Positions 29,938 to 42,019 of a stretch of 64,000 nt of DNA are shown in pieces. The position numbers and the translations under genes were made by a program. The stretch is from Octopus vulgaris (lineage: Eukaryota). The stretch is from the NCBI GenBank assembly GCA_951406725.2, contig OX597816.1:54312001-54376000 (forward strand), in the 5' to 3' direction. Every line of letters begins with the position of its first letter. Within the stretch, counting starts at the first letter, position 1. A model generated the notes under the pieces. That model worked only from the letters and a program-made list of their open reading frames with translations, made no database searches and was not told the origin of the DNA.

Positions 29938-30936
29938 ATAGATACTAACCTGAATAGTGTAGATTTTTTAGACGTAAATTTTAATGTAAGATCGGATAGA
30001 TTTAAACCTTTCCGTAAGCCCAATGAAAAGCTATCGTATATTAGCAAAGATTCGAACCATCCACCAGTTATCCTTAGCAACTTAGTCAGCAATGTAGGTA
30101 GAAGAATATCTTCAATTTCTTCGGACGAGGCAGCATTCCATAATGCTGCACCTTATTACGATAGCGCATTAAAGAATAGTGGATTCTCGGAGAAGATCCA
30201 GTTCAACCAGCTTAATGCTAATAATAATGCTGCACGAAGAACTAGGACCAGGAAAGTTTTGTGGTTCAACCCGGCTTTCAATTTGGCCGTAAAGACTAAT
30301 ATAGGTAAAGAATTTTTGAGATTAGTCTCTAAGCATTTTAGGCAGGGTCATAAATTCTACAGAATATTTAATAGAAGAACCCTGAAGGTTAGCTATTCTT
30401 GTTGCAGAAATTTCGCCTCTTACATTAGCCAACATAATAGGAAGCTAATTGAGATTAGACATGGTGCCGAGCCCATTAAGAAATGTAATTGCAAAAACGA
30501 AAGCTCCTGTCCGTTAGAAGGGAAATGTCTAGTGAAAGGAGTAGTTTATAGAGCCAAGGTGCAAGTGGAAGGCTCATCGGAATACAAGACATACACAGGG
30601 GCTTCAGAAAATTCATTTAAAACAAGATTTTATTCTCATAAGAATTCTTTTAAATACCCAGAGAACAGAAAGAAAACCAGCCTAGCAAAATATGTCTGGG
30701 AACTAAAAGAAAAGGAAGCCCCACCTTTCAACGTGACATGGAGCATTCTGGACAGGGCGGCACCATACAGGCATGGAGCTTACAAATATAATTTCAAGTG
30801 CAGGCTCTGCTTATTAGAAAAAATGCACATATTATTCAAAGACAATAATTCTTTGAATCAAAGAAGTGAATTAATGAACTTATGTAGGCACAAGGCTAAA
30901 TTTAAAATGTCGAATATAAATATACCATATGGATAG
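29938..30936 (+). CDS. PLE polyprotein C-terminus: end of RT/thumb, Cys-rich linker, GIY-YIG endonuclease (5'-truncated, no native start)
   Basis: VDFLDV and FRKPNEKLSYISKDSNHPP (PLE RT end), WFNPAFN, CNC-x5-CPLEGKC, GVVY...YTG...FKTRFYSH (GIY-YIG equivalent), and CRLCLLEK...NQRSE...CRHK. Confidence 0.92.
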   Translation: MDTNLNSVDFLDVNFNVRSDRFKPFRKPNEKLSYISKDSNHPPVILSNLVSNVGRRISSISSDEAAFHNAAPYYDSALKNSGFSEKIQFNQLNANNNAARRTRTRKVLWFNPAFNLAVKTNIGKEFLRLVSKHFRQGHKFYRIFNRRTLKVSYSCCRNFASYISQHNRKLIEIRHGAEPIKKCNCKNESSCPLEGKCLVKGVVYRAKVQVEGSSEYKTYTGASENSFKTRFYSHKNSFKYPENRKKTSLAKYVWELKEKEAPPFNVTWSILDRAAPYRHGAYKYNFKCRLCLLEKMHILFKDNNSLNQRSELMNLCRHKAKFKMSNINIPYG

Positions 30937-31938
30937 AGTATATATTTTGTATTTTGATTTTTTGATTTTGATTTTGACTCTTGAGCGATACGACGGACAT
31001 ATAGCAAAGTCTTATTGTTTCTACATATATATTAGGAAAAACCTACAAACTTTGTTTTCATGTTATTGTATTGCATAAGATTACCTTGATTATTTATATT
31101 ACCTTGATTATTTATAAATGACCCAAAATAGGATGTTATATTTTATTTTATATGTCTTTCGTATATATTTTTATTAATGCACCCATTTTTTAAAAGCAAT
31201 GTTTTTTTTAAAAAAAGCAATGTTGTCAAATTTAGAATGTTTATATAAGTTTGTATATAGCAAAGCATATATATTTGTAAGCATGCGTATCTGTGTATGT
31301 GTAAGTGAAAGTATGCTTGTGCGTAAGCACGCATACACACGACGGTATGTATATGTATCAATTCAAACTTGTGTATGTATACTGGCCTCTATAAATGCCA
31401 ATAATATCGCTACAAGTTTTCCCCACCCCTCCTTCATTTCTTTTTCTCTCTTTCCCTTTCTTTCGTTCCCCCTCCTTGCTCAGTATATGAGAATTGCTAC
31501 ATAGATGAATTTTAGCTTGCGTGCGAGACGGTTTGCGTGAATATATGTACACATGCTTTTATGTGTATAATTTAGATTCATATTCATACGTCTGTATATG
31601 TATGTATGGCGTTTACGCGCATCCTTTTGTGTATGTTGATATATATATGTGGATTTTAATATAAATATGTATTGCAGTATTTATAACAGGTTTAATTTCT
31701 ATGCATTAATTTGTACTGTCTTCATTAACGGCAATAGGTTTTTTCCTCGGTTTTTTCCTCGGATTTTATAATTTTTATAAGTTTTTTATATATATATACA
31801 TATATTTTTGACCTTTTTGTTTATCGCTCGAAGATTGACCGTTTTTTCTAAAGGGCCAATCAAACAAGTCCATTTCTTTTTAAAGGTGTAGCGTTTGTAA
31901 GAGTATAGATTGAATTAATATATATGTTCCATTCTAGC

Positions 31939-31986
31939 AAAAACTGTCTGATGAACGGCAACGAGAAACTCAGAGTAACAGATTTT
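31939..31986 (+). ncRNA. Type-I hammerhead motif in PLE terminus (right arm)
   Basis: AAAACUGU-CUGAUGA-ACG(GCAA)CGA-GAA-ACUC(A)GAGU-A|ACAGAUUUU. The 1-nt stem-III loop implies dimeric folding. Confidence 0.7.
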
Positions 31987-32083
31987 GTTGAATTTTCTGC
32001 TGCTTAAAATAAAGCATATTACTCTACCACTGGTATTTGAGTACTCTTTTTTCCACCTTGTTTCACATTTATGTGTTTACTCC

Positions 32084-32140
<57 letters not shown>

Positions 32141-32142
32141 CT

Positions 32143-32249
32143 ATATATGCGTGCATGTGTTTGTGTGTCTGTGTTTGTCCCCCTAGCATTGCTTGACAAC
32201 CGATGCTGGTGTGTTTATGTCCCCGTTACTTAGCGGTTCGGCAAAAGAG

Positions 32250-32289
<40 letters not shown>

Positions 32290-32410
32290 GACGAGCTTCT
32301 TTTCAGTTTCCGTCTACCAAATCCACTCATAGGCTTTGGTCGGCCCGAGGCTATAGTAGAAGACACTTGCCCAGTGGTTGGTAAACAAGCTACTTACCAC
32401 ACAGCCACTC
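32143..32410. mobile_element. Family A SINE remainder: inverted middle (32143-32255, +) and 5' head (32289-32410, -)
   Basis: Segments match family A in opposite orientations and are separated by (TA)n. Confidence 0.8.
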
Positions 32411-32806
32411 AACTATGGTGACGATTCTGTCACAAGCGCACAATTATTGTCTTTTGTCTTACACATTTTCTGAAATTACATAAAAATTGTCATATAGACA
32501 AAAATTACTGAACGACTAAGTGTAATAGTAGGCCTAACACATCATCAAACACTTTAACACCGCAGCTTGGCCTGGGTGGTGGAGTAAATTCTGTTGTACT
32601 CCAATCGACCAGGAGTACGGCTTTTGCCAGATTGCTACATTTCACCTGCATATAAAAGGTGTTTTTTTTTCTAATTTATATATATATATGTATATATGTA
32701 TATATATATATAGTCAATTCAAAGAACCAACAATTAAAAAACGAAAATAAAAAACGAACGTACATACATATATATATATACATATATTATGTATATATAT
32801 ACATAC

Positions 32807-32852
<46 letters not shown>

Positions 32853-32867
32853 TAATATTACGAAAAT

Positions 32868-32918
<51 letters not shown>

Positions 32919-33024
32919 TTTATATATATATGAACATATACATATATATGTGTGTGTGTGTGTGTGTGTATGTGTGTTAATATTACGTACATACATATGT
33001 GTCTACGTACACATAACTTTACCT

Positions 33025-33390
33025 TTTACCTGTTTTAGTCATTAGACTGTGGCCATGCTAGAGCACTGACTTTTAGTCGAATGATTCAACCCAAGTACAT
33101 TTTTTTGGCTTGTACTTATTTAATAGGCTTCTTTTACCGGAACCAGTAAAATTACGGGGACGTAAACAAGCCAACACCGGTTGTCAAGCAGTGGCGGTGT
33201 GTGTGTTTTAAACAGCTACAAAGAAACACACACATATGACGGGCTTCTTACAGTTTCCGTCTACCAAATATCCATTCACAAGGCTCTGGTCGGCTCGAGG
33301 CTATAGTAGAAGGTACTTTGCTCAAGGTATCACGCAATGTGATTGAACCCGGAACCTTGTGATAGGGAAGGAGACTTCTTACCCCAAAGC
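33025..33390 (-). mobile_element. Diverged family A SINE
   Basis: TTTAGTCATTAGACTGTGGCCATGCT ... CAGTTTCCGTCTACCAAAT ... GAACCCGGAACC. Confidence 0.75.
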
Positions 33391-33486
33391 CAGGCTTGTC
33401 GCTATATGTGTGTGTGTGCGTGTGTGTGCACATAAATATCCAGCCAGCCAGCCATCCAGCCAGCCATACATACATACATACATACA

Positions 33487-33520
<34 letters not shown>

Positions 33521-33729
33521 ATGGTGTTGTCAACATCGGACGTGCAGGTGTAGAAGACCGTTTAAAAAGCCCGTTTTGAACGCCTTCCTCTTGAAATATG
33601 CCGACTTCTCCAGCCTAAATCGGTAACTGGTTTATTTCTCCAATAATTAATAAGAGAAACACTTTTTACTCGCCATCGTAGCGTTATCCTGAACAGATTT
33701 TAAAATAGACATCTACACCACTAGGAATC

Positions 33730-34716
33730 TTGCTAACACGATTATGGCTGAAACCAACATCACCACATATGAAATACCTTCACAGCGAAACAGCTCCGAC
33801 AACAAGCATCTTTTGTAAAAAAAGAAAAAAAAATCAACTGGACCTCGATTCTCCCAAAACACTGAAAAAGAGCGGCGTAAAAAATAATGGAAACAAACCA
33901 CAGCTCCCGCCATCGCTAAATTCAAGTGTGTCCCCAAATTTAGCTGACTCAGTAGCGAAGACTGTGGAATACATCCAACTCAAAAACATTTTAAAATTAC
34001 AATTCGCAAAAAATTTTGCTACTTTCTTGAAGCTTTCGTTGAGCAACAGACCATTCCCAACAGGAGTGAGAAAAAATCCGACCGATCTAAAGTTTAAGGC
34101 TATCAACAATGTTGCTGGAGAGCACATGGAATCATGTGATGTTAATTACTGGGATATTAATGCTCTTATATACACAGCCGCTATTACTTTTAAAGAAAGC
34201 CTAGGAGAAATCTATAGTGAACAAAGTAACGAAATTACTAAACGGAAACGGCCTAGATGGAAAACAACACTTGAAGAAAACATCAACAACGTGCGCCGCT
34301 ATATTGGATGGTTAACTACAACAAGAAAATGTAAGGAGAAAATTGAGTTTACACTTCACTAACTCTACCTTAAACAAAAAGTTAGCGAAACTATATGGCA
34401 AATCTTCATACCGGGCTCTTGAGGGAAAGATAATCACTTTAAAACTCATGACGATGAGCGAGAAACCCCGCTATCGCATGTGAATTTTTAGGCGAGCCAA
34501 TACCGATCACAAGTTTGCTTCCAACCCACAAGCATTATACAAAGAGATGAGGAATGAAAAGATTAGTATTACGAAAGCTTCCTCCCAAGAAGGTCTACAG
34601 TCATTTTGGTCAAAAATTTGGAACGAAAAGAGGGATTTCAACCTGAATGCATCATGGTTAAATACAATTGAGAGAGAATACTGTACCAACACTAACAGTA
34701 AAACATACAAAATTCT
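33730..34716 (+). pseudogene. Pre-RT N-terminal region of an R4/Dong-type LINE ORF, degraded
   Basis: YWDINALIYTAAIT, PRWKTTLEENINNVRRYIGWL, then KFASNPQALYKEMR..EGLQSFWSKIW..NASWLNTIE. These resemble motifs typically upstream of R4-clade RT. Confidence 0.65.
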
Positions 34717-34722
34717 GTGAGA

Positions 34723-35040
34723 AAGCGCGTGGCTTTGTGGTTAGGGCATTCGGCGCACAATTGTAAAGTCGTGTGTTCAATACAAGGCGGCACGTTGTGT
34801 CCTTGAGCAAGACACTTTATTTCATGTTGTTCTAGTTCACTCAGCTGGACTGGAGTTGCTCTTATAATTCAAAGAGACAGTCTTGTCACTGTCTGTATCA
34901 TACAGAATCTCCCCGAGAACTACGTTAAGTTTATGCGTGCCTGTGGAGTACTCAGCCACTTGCACGTTAATCTCACGAGCAGGCTGTTTCAGCGATCGGA
35001 TCAACTGGGACATTCCTCGTCGTAACCGACGGAATGTCAG
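34723..35040 (+). mobile_element. tRNA-derived SINE, family B (TTGAGCAAGACA...CACTCAGCTG core)
   Basis: A/B-box-like head and a core shared with 37958, 38213, 40520 and 57680. Confidence 0.75.
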
Positions 35041-35689
35041 TACCAAAAGCACAGAAAAAACTAGGAAGTATCCATGCCTTCAAAGATACAGAATGCTGAG
35101 GAAACATTGCGTTAAGAAGAGTAACCCTGAATAAGCACAAAAGATTAGATTACAAGCAATGGAAGATGGCTAAGATGCCTTGCTCTGTTTTAGATATCAT
35201 CAACTCAGCAGATGTAAACATCTCATTAGAAATTGAGGAAAATGTAAACGTCTGTGGATAACTGACGAAAGACTTGCAGCTCTTATAGCCAAGCTGCTGG
35301 CTTTCAAATGTTTCTCTTATAGTTGCTATGGACTACGTAATAAAAAGCAGGACATTCTGGGGTTCTCTAAAAAATAATACAGTTAGCCGAATCGCATTTT
35401 CCAGATCAAAACGATGCGAGGTACAATAGAATTTATAGAACATTCCACGGATTCTCCATATGAATTTACTTGAATAAACACATTCACACAGTCATACACG
35501 TATATGAAATAAAACTTGAAAACGTACACATACACACAGGTATGCAAATATATATGAACAAATTCACATATCCTGAACGAAACAAAAAGATACTATTGTT
35601 TTGTTAGTATCTGGCTTGAATTACATATGGATACGTGCATGCATACATACATGCACATATATATGTAAAGAAGGTGGAATAAGCAACCT

Positions 35690-35880
35690 CCCGATAGAAT
35701 GGAAAATTATTGCTAAAGCCAAAAAAAAATACAGAGGACTGGATACCTAATGTGAACTCTGTATTACTGAAAAATTAAACATTATTCAATCAACAAATAA
35801 CATTCTAAATATAAGGGATGAAATCTTCTCTCCCTGCATACGCAAGCAATATTTTACACTTAAATATTTCAAAGAAGAGC
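35690..35880 (+). pseudogene. PLE GIY-YIG C-terminal remnant (second family)
   Basis: PIEWKIIAKAKKKYRGLDT*CELCITEKLNIIQSTNNILNIRDEIFSPCIRK aligns to VTWSILDRA..CRLCLLEK..LNQRSELMNLCRHK. Confidence 0.75.
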
Positions 35881-36438
35881 CACTATCCGCTACAGTATTC
35901 CCATCAGGACAGCCTCTTTCCTAAACGTGAAGTCTGAACACACATAGCACAGAAACTCCACACACAGAAGAAATATGCCCCAAATGACAAATTACCTCAG
36001 CACAAACGCATAAGAATATCATGCCCAAAACAAAAACAAAATAATGCAAACAAATTGACCACACAACAATTTGCCCAAACAGACAAATCCAAAGGAGACA
36101 AACATCAAAAAAATGCCACCCATGAGTAACGTCCCTTGATTGATTCATTCATTGTTTTATTCACGTTAATTTACGAGAACCTCTGCGAACTAAACGAGGC
36201 CGTGATTTCCAGTATGGAGGCGAACGCCTCTCTCCATGTCACCGGCTTAAAAAAATTAAGACACTAGGATATCTTCATACTTTTCTTAACATGAAACCAA
36301 TGGTAGCCTTAATTCACAAATAAAGAAGTTATATCCACCGATGAGGTGTTGAGTATTCATTTTCATCGTTCGACATTTGCGTGTATATATGTATATATAT
36401 ATATGTATGCATGTATGTATATGTATATATATATATAT

Positions 36439-36489
<51 letters not shown>

Positions 36490-37060
36490 AGTGAGTGTAT
36501 ATATATATATGTGTGTGTGTATGTATATATATATACACACATGCCTATGTACACCCCATATATATGTAGATACATATAGTCATCTCCAACATACATATGT
36601 ATACACATATCAGAGAACCTCCTCAAACTAGATATCAATATCTGAGCGTTATCTAAGTTTAATAAGAAGAAAAACAAGCAATATGAATCTGAGTAATCTG
36701 AGTAATCTCCAGGAACCCTGAATCCACAAACACTTTCCACTTTACTACAACGAAAGATCGCTCATAATAACGAGTGTAAGATATAAAACATTCAAAAACA
36801 ACCATAGCAAATATGTATTCTCATCATCAGCTGCCAAACAGATATCATTATGGTTTCGACACCTGGACAGAACCATTCAATATAATGTAAAAAATGTAAA
36901 TAAAAAATGTGTGCGTTTATCTTTTATTCGTTCGTGTATAAGTCAGTCCCTGTTGGATTTTTTCCTCTTTGTAGATTTTGTATGTATGAAAACATCGATC
37001 CTAGCTCGAAGAGACATTCCGGTTCCACTTCAAGTAACAAACTCGATATCGGCCACTGAG

Positions 37061-37380
37061 GAGGCACATAGCCTAGTGGGTAGAGTGGAGGCATATGGCC
37101 TAGTGGTTAGAGCAGCGGACTCGCGGTCGAGGGATCGCGAGTTCGGATCTCAGACCGGGTGATGTGTGTGTTTATGAGCGAAACACCTAAGCTCCACGCG
37201 GCTCCGGCAGAAGGTAATGGCGAACTTCTGCTGACTCTTTTGCCACCACTTTCTCTCACTCTTTCCTCCTGCATCTGCGACGGACCGGTGTCCGGTCCAG
37301 GTGGGGAACCTATACGCCAAGGAAACCGGGTAACCGGCCCTTATGAGCCAGGCATGGCTCGAGAAGGAACAAATAAAACA
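37061..37380 (+). mobile_element. tRNA-derived SINE with partially duplicated head
   Basis: GAGGCACATAGCCTAGTGGGTAGAG is followed by GAGGCATATGGCCTAGTGGTTAGAGCAGCGGACTCGCGG...GAGTTCGGATCTC. ACTGAGGAGG at 37055 and 37381 is a possible TSD. Confidence 0.75.
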
Positions 37381-37716
37381 ACTGAGGAGGGAGGCAAAAA
37401 TTTCATTGAAACTCCGTGCCTGTGGGTTCTATAGAAGTACCTGGTAATCGACTCATGTTTTTTACGTTCAAAGTCTACAAAACGAAAATTTTCTCCTATA
37501 CGAACTCCCGAGAGTTAAAAGTATTGATAAAAAATAACGAAGCGAAATAGAGCCAGTGCGTGTGTTTAATGTCGGCATAATGAACTTCCCGAGATGCTGC
37601 AATTATATTTTAAAACAAGAGTTCACATCAAGAATCTTGCAAACCAAATACAAAAGTGATATATATGTGTGTGAGTATGTTTGTGTGTGTTGGTATGCAT
37701 ACCTATATTTGTTAAG

Positions 37717-37945
37717 GTGGCGAGCTGGCAGAAACGTTAGCGCTCCGGGCGAAATGCTTGGCTGTATTTCGTCTGTCGTTACGCTCTGAGTTCAAATTCC
37801 GTCGAGGTTGACTTTGCCTTTCATCCTTTCGGGGTCGATAAATAAAGTACCCGTTTCGCACTGGGGTCGATGTAATCAACTTAATCCCTTTGTCTGTCCT
37901 TGTTTGTCCCCTCTATGTTTCGCCCCTTGTGGGTAGTAAAGAAAT
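37717..37945 (+). mobile_element. tRNA-derived SINE, family C
   Basis: GGCGAGCTGGCAGAAACGTTAG...GAGTTCAAATTCC...GCCTTTCATCCTTTCGGGGTCGATAAA. Matches 55150-55562. Confidence 0.85.
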
Positions 37946-37957
37946 ATATATATGTGG

Positions 37958-38542
37958 AGGTGCGTGGCTTAATATTTAGGGCTTTGGAATTATGATCGTG
38001 ATATTGTGGTTTCAATTTCTGGACCGGACGACGCATTGTATTCTTGAGCAAGATACTTCATTTCACGTTTCTCCAGTCCACTCAGCTGGCAAAAATGAGT
38101 AATCCTACGACAGACCGGTGTCTCGTCCAGCGGGATGAATAGATACATCACGGAAACCTTGACTCGGCAAGGATCTTCATCCTGTAACCGATACCTATCA
38201 ACACCTATATGAAGGCGCATGGCTCAGTGGTTAGAGCGTCGAGCTTACGATCGTGAGGTTGTGAACTCGAATCCCGGATCGGGCTGCGTGTTGTGTTCTT
38301 GAGCAAGACATTTTATTTCACGTTGCTCTCGTTCACTCAGCTGTAGAAATGAGTTATGCCAAGCTGTACCGACCGGCTTCTTTGCCTTTCCCTTGGATAA
38401 CACTGGTGGCGTGGAGAGGGGAGGCCGGTATGCATAGGCGACTGCTGGCCTTCCATAATACAACCTTGCCCGGACTTGTGCCTGGGAGGGTAACTTTCTA
38501 GGTGCAATCTAATGGTCTGTGTCGTGACAGAAGGGGGTCTCA

Positions 38543-38545
<3 letters not shown>
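37958..38545 (+). mobile_element. Two adjacent family B SINEs (37958-38190 and 38213-38545)
   Basis: Both have tRNA-like heads (e.g. GGCGCATGGCTCAGTGGTTAGAGCG) and the TTGAGCAAGA..TTTCACGTT..CACTCAGCTG core. Confidence 0.8.
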
Positions 38546-38579
<34 letters not shown>

Positions 38580-38582
<3 letters not shown>

Positions 38583-39267
38583 TATAAAATCCGTTGTCTG
38601 TCTGTATGTGTGTGTGTGTGTCTTCTAGGATCTCGGGCATCCTCCATCCAATTGCGCTCAAATTTGATTTGTAGATACCGACGGTATCAGGGCGTATATA
38701 CGTATTGAAAAAAATTACAAAAATCAATTCCAGGTGAGAATGCGATCGATAAAGCCGTGAGAACGTGCATTTGCACGCGCAAGTACATCAGCTGTTGCGA
38801 TCGATACTACGCGTACGCATGAAAAATGCACGTGCAGTTTGCACAAAAAGCCGGCTGGCTTGAAATAATGCCACAAAATGCAGTAAACTTAAGAGACCAA
38901 AAAAGTAAGATGCAAAAGAGATATTTTCTTCAAACTTGACTTGAAGGAAGGAAAGACTATTTGGTTTCTCAAAAAGACTATTTTGCCATAACTTCGTTTA
39001 ACAAAACCAAAAATTTTATTGAAATAAAGGCATGCTTAATTATTTTTTAATGAAAAGAACTGTTTAAACCACGTTTGTGTTCTCCCAGTCAACAGCCTTA
39101 TAATTTCTGGTACTTTAAACTCTTCGGCTGCATATTTGTGTGAATAAAATCGTTTTTCTTTGGAATAGAGGAGGCCTATGGGAGGGTCGGACAAGTTGTT
39201 TTAAGAACATTTGGTTTAAATGTTTGACAACTCAGCACCGTCCATTGGATGGAGTGCGTTTTGCTCG
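38580..39267 (+). mobile_element. Non-autonomous Helitron-like element
   Basis: 5' TC after A (TCATATAAAATCCG..TGTCTGTCTG). 3' hairpin GCACCGTCCA/TGGATGGAGTGC then CTCG|T. Confidence 0.6.
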
Positions 39268-39269
39268 TA

Positions 39270-39352
<83 letters not shown>

Positions 39353-39849
39353 ATCCTATATATCTATCCTCCGCCTATCAATAGCGTAAATTGATGTTGC
39401 TGAAGGAATAATAGGAATGTCAGAAATCGGTTTAAACAGTCTCCATTGTTGAATAATTTGAATAATTTGATTTAGTCGTTTCGTTAATCGACAGAATACA
39501 AAAGTGAAAACAGGTTTAATTCAAGTATTATCGCAGGGAAGGCATATTTAATCCAAGGATTATTACAAGGCAAACAGGATTTGCTTGCAACGAAAAATAT
39601 CTTTAATAAAAGTAGAATGAAACACAAAATTCAAGTCACGTTTTTCCTCTCCAGTCTGTAGTTTTTGATATGATGTATATGACGCACCGGCCATCAGCCC
39701 ATGGATGTGCATATGCATTCAAGCGTACATAACAGCTGAATGTATTCTTGTACACACACATTTATACACCCACACACACTTATATTATACATATGCATTC
39801 ATACATATAAACACGTACAAATAGGTGCATATATATATATGTCTCGAAT

Positions 39850-39909
<60 letters not shown>

Positions 39910-39924
39910 AGATGCATACAAGAT

Positions 39925-39971
<47 letters not shown>

Positions 39972-39974
<3 letters not shown>

Positions 39975-40270
39975 GTATATTTGCTACTTACATGTGGCTA
40001 GCCACTAAGGGTGGATGCTACTGTAGCTTGTAGTCCCAGGAGAACATCTTCTCCAGCTGGCTATTGACACACTTTCTGTGCCCTATCAGTATTTGCAAAG
40101 GGAAACTATCTTTCCCATCGTCGACCTTTTTCGAGATCAGTGACTTTTCGTCACTGGAAAAAGGATATATGTGTTTGCATTGGGACCCTTTCGCATTGAA
40201 GACCGGTGATTATCGTGCGCTGACGACGGGTAAATACCCAGAAACCCAGGCGGGTCCGTGCGTATCACGT
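39972..40270 (+). mobile_element. Retrozyme-like structured non-coding element, 3'-truncated by a SINE fragment
   Basis: Follows (TA)n and contains hairpins CCTTTTTC/GAAAAAGG and CAGTGAC/GTCACTG. Its body is homologous to the 53-kb unit and it holds a canonical HHR. Confidence 0.65.
40215..40261 (+). ncRNA. Type-I hammerhead ribozyme with complete core and monomeric stem III
   Basis: GUGCG-CUGACGA-C-GGGUA(AA)UACCC-A-GAA-ACCC(AGGC)GGGU-C|CGUGC. Predicted cut after 40256. Confidence 0.85.
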
Positions 40271-40519
40271 CAGGTTTCGATTCCCAAACCGGGCGTTGTG
40301 AGTGTCTATTGAGTGAAAACGCCTAAAGGTCCCCGAGAACTACGTGAATGATACGCGTGTCTGTGGCGTGCTCAGCCACTTAGACGTTAATTTTACGAGC
40401 AGGCTGTTCCGTTGATCGGATCAACTGGAACCCTTGCAGTGCCACGATATATATATATATATGTATTTATATTTATATCTGTGTATATCTATCTGTCAGG
40501 CATAATATACGCACATACA

Positions 40520-40870
40520 GTGTAAAACCCCTTCGGCCATGAGTGGCCATGAGTGGCCATGAGTGGCCATGAGATTGCACCTAGACGTTACCCTCCGAGG
40601 CACAAGTCTGGACAAAGTTGTTTATTGAAGACCAACAGCCGCCCACGCGTACAGGCCTCCTCTCTCCACGACACCGATGTTATTCAAAGCAAAAGCCGAT
40701 ACAGCTTGGCACCTGTGACGTCGCAACTAATTTCTACGGCTGAGTGAACTGGAGCAACGTGAAATAATGTCTTGCTCAAGAACACAACTCAGAGCCCGGT
40801 TGGAAAATCGAACTCACTACCACATGATTGTGAGCCCGACGCTCTAATCACTAAGCCATGTGCTTTCACA
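40520..40870 (-). mobile_element. Family B SINE
   Basis: Reverse complement of the 38213-38545 type. Confidence 0.78.
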
Positions 40871-42019
40871 AGAATTAAGATTTCTCTCAGTTATCTTCCA
40901 AAGTACTTCTGACTCACTCATTTGAATATCTTTCAGGATATTTACATTAAGCACATTTATCAGATGTAGAACTTGACCAATTGTAAATGGGTTGAGTAAA
41001 GGTGATAGCAGTAAGACCGGAAGTTGTCCAGCAGATATAAGCAGGTTTCTTGATCAGTAAATATTGACTCTGCAGGTCAGAGACATGGCACAAAATATTG
41101 ATTGTGTGTAATGTTGGAGAAAGAACTTTCCTGTTGCTCTAGCCGTCAACTACGGAGTTGGTGGACTTGGCAAAAAGCTAGCCGAGAGGAGACTCAGCAC
41201 TATAATTTCTCTGTTAAAATCTGGTCTGGGTAGATATCACTTTTACCACCAAGGGTATGGTAAAAAACAAAACAAAACAAATAAATCTCCATTGATTGCA
41301 TCAATAATCGCCACTACTACTAACTTTGCATTTGTGTCTAATTAAATGATCTAATTAACAAAGTGATTAGTGAACACAATATATTGGCCAAGCTTTTCAA
41401 ACAAAATTCTTCGTTGCGATTAATATATTGTTTTTGATAAAAAAAAGAAAAACTTTTTTTAAAAAATTAAAACAAAATGAACAATATTTGATTTGACGAC
41501 CTTTCTGTAGATTGGCAGACTTCTGAGGGTGACTATCGATTTGTTATGTATAAAATATTCTTCGGATTTATGGGTAAGGGAGTGGCGCCCATGCCTTTCT
41601 CAATAACAATAATAATACAAACATAATAGAATATAGATTTTAATTCACTAAAATCTAATTCAAAGTTGCAAAGGCACCGCACGATAATGTAGATGTTTGG
41701 TTTCTGTTTATTATTAAATCATGAAAATAAATTTGCAGAGAATTTAGACCGGGAAAGCTTGAGAAAAAAACAATAAATATATTAGTCTGGAATATAAGGG
41801 CACTTTGGTGCGGAGAGCATCATGGGAAGGGGAGTGTTGTGTAACAGCCATCCATGACATTCCCTGCAGACAGCAAAGTATCATGGGAAGGAGAATATTG
41901 TGTAACAGTCATCCGTGACAATCTCTGGGGATTTACAGATGTAAGTGATAATAAATACCAGCATCGGTGATCTGGGGGGGTGGAGGTGGCGTTGGTGGAT
42001 ATAAATGTTATAAAGTCAA

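Larger units (their letters stand above)
28074..32085. mobile_element. Very young Penelope-like retroelement: two 5'-truncated copies joined head-to-head as an inverted duplication, inserted in (TA)n
   Basis: Arms 28074-29937 and 30152-32014 are reverse complements; I saw only one substitution and one 1-bp indel. The spacer is 214 bp and (TA)n lies at 28044-28073 and 32086-32136. Confidence 0.95.

Noticed and set aside
37381-37430. CTGAGGA...GAAAC hammerhead split by a SINE
   Set aside because: Stems II and III are unconvincing.
41819-41920. Two ~42-bp direct repeats 61 bp apart
   Set aside because: A simple diverged local duplication with no further structure.
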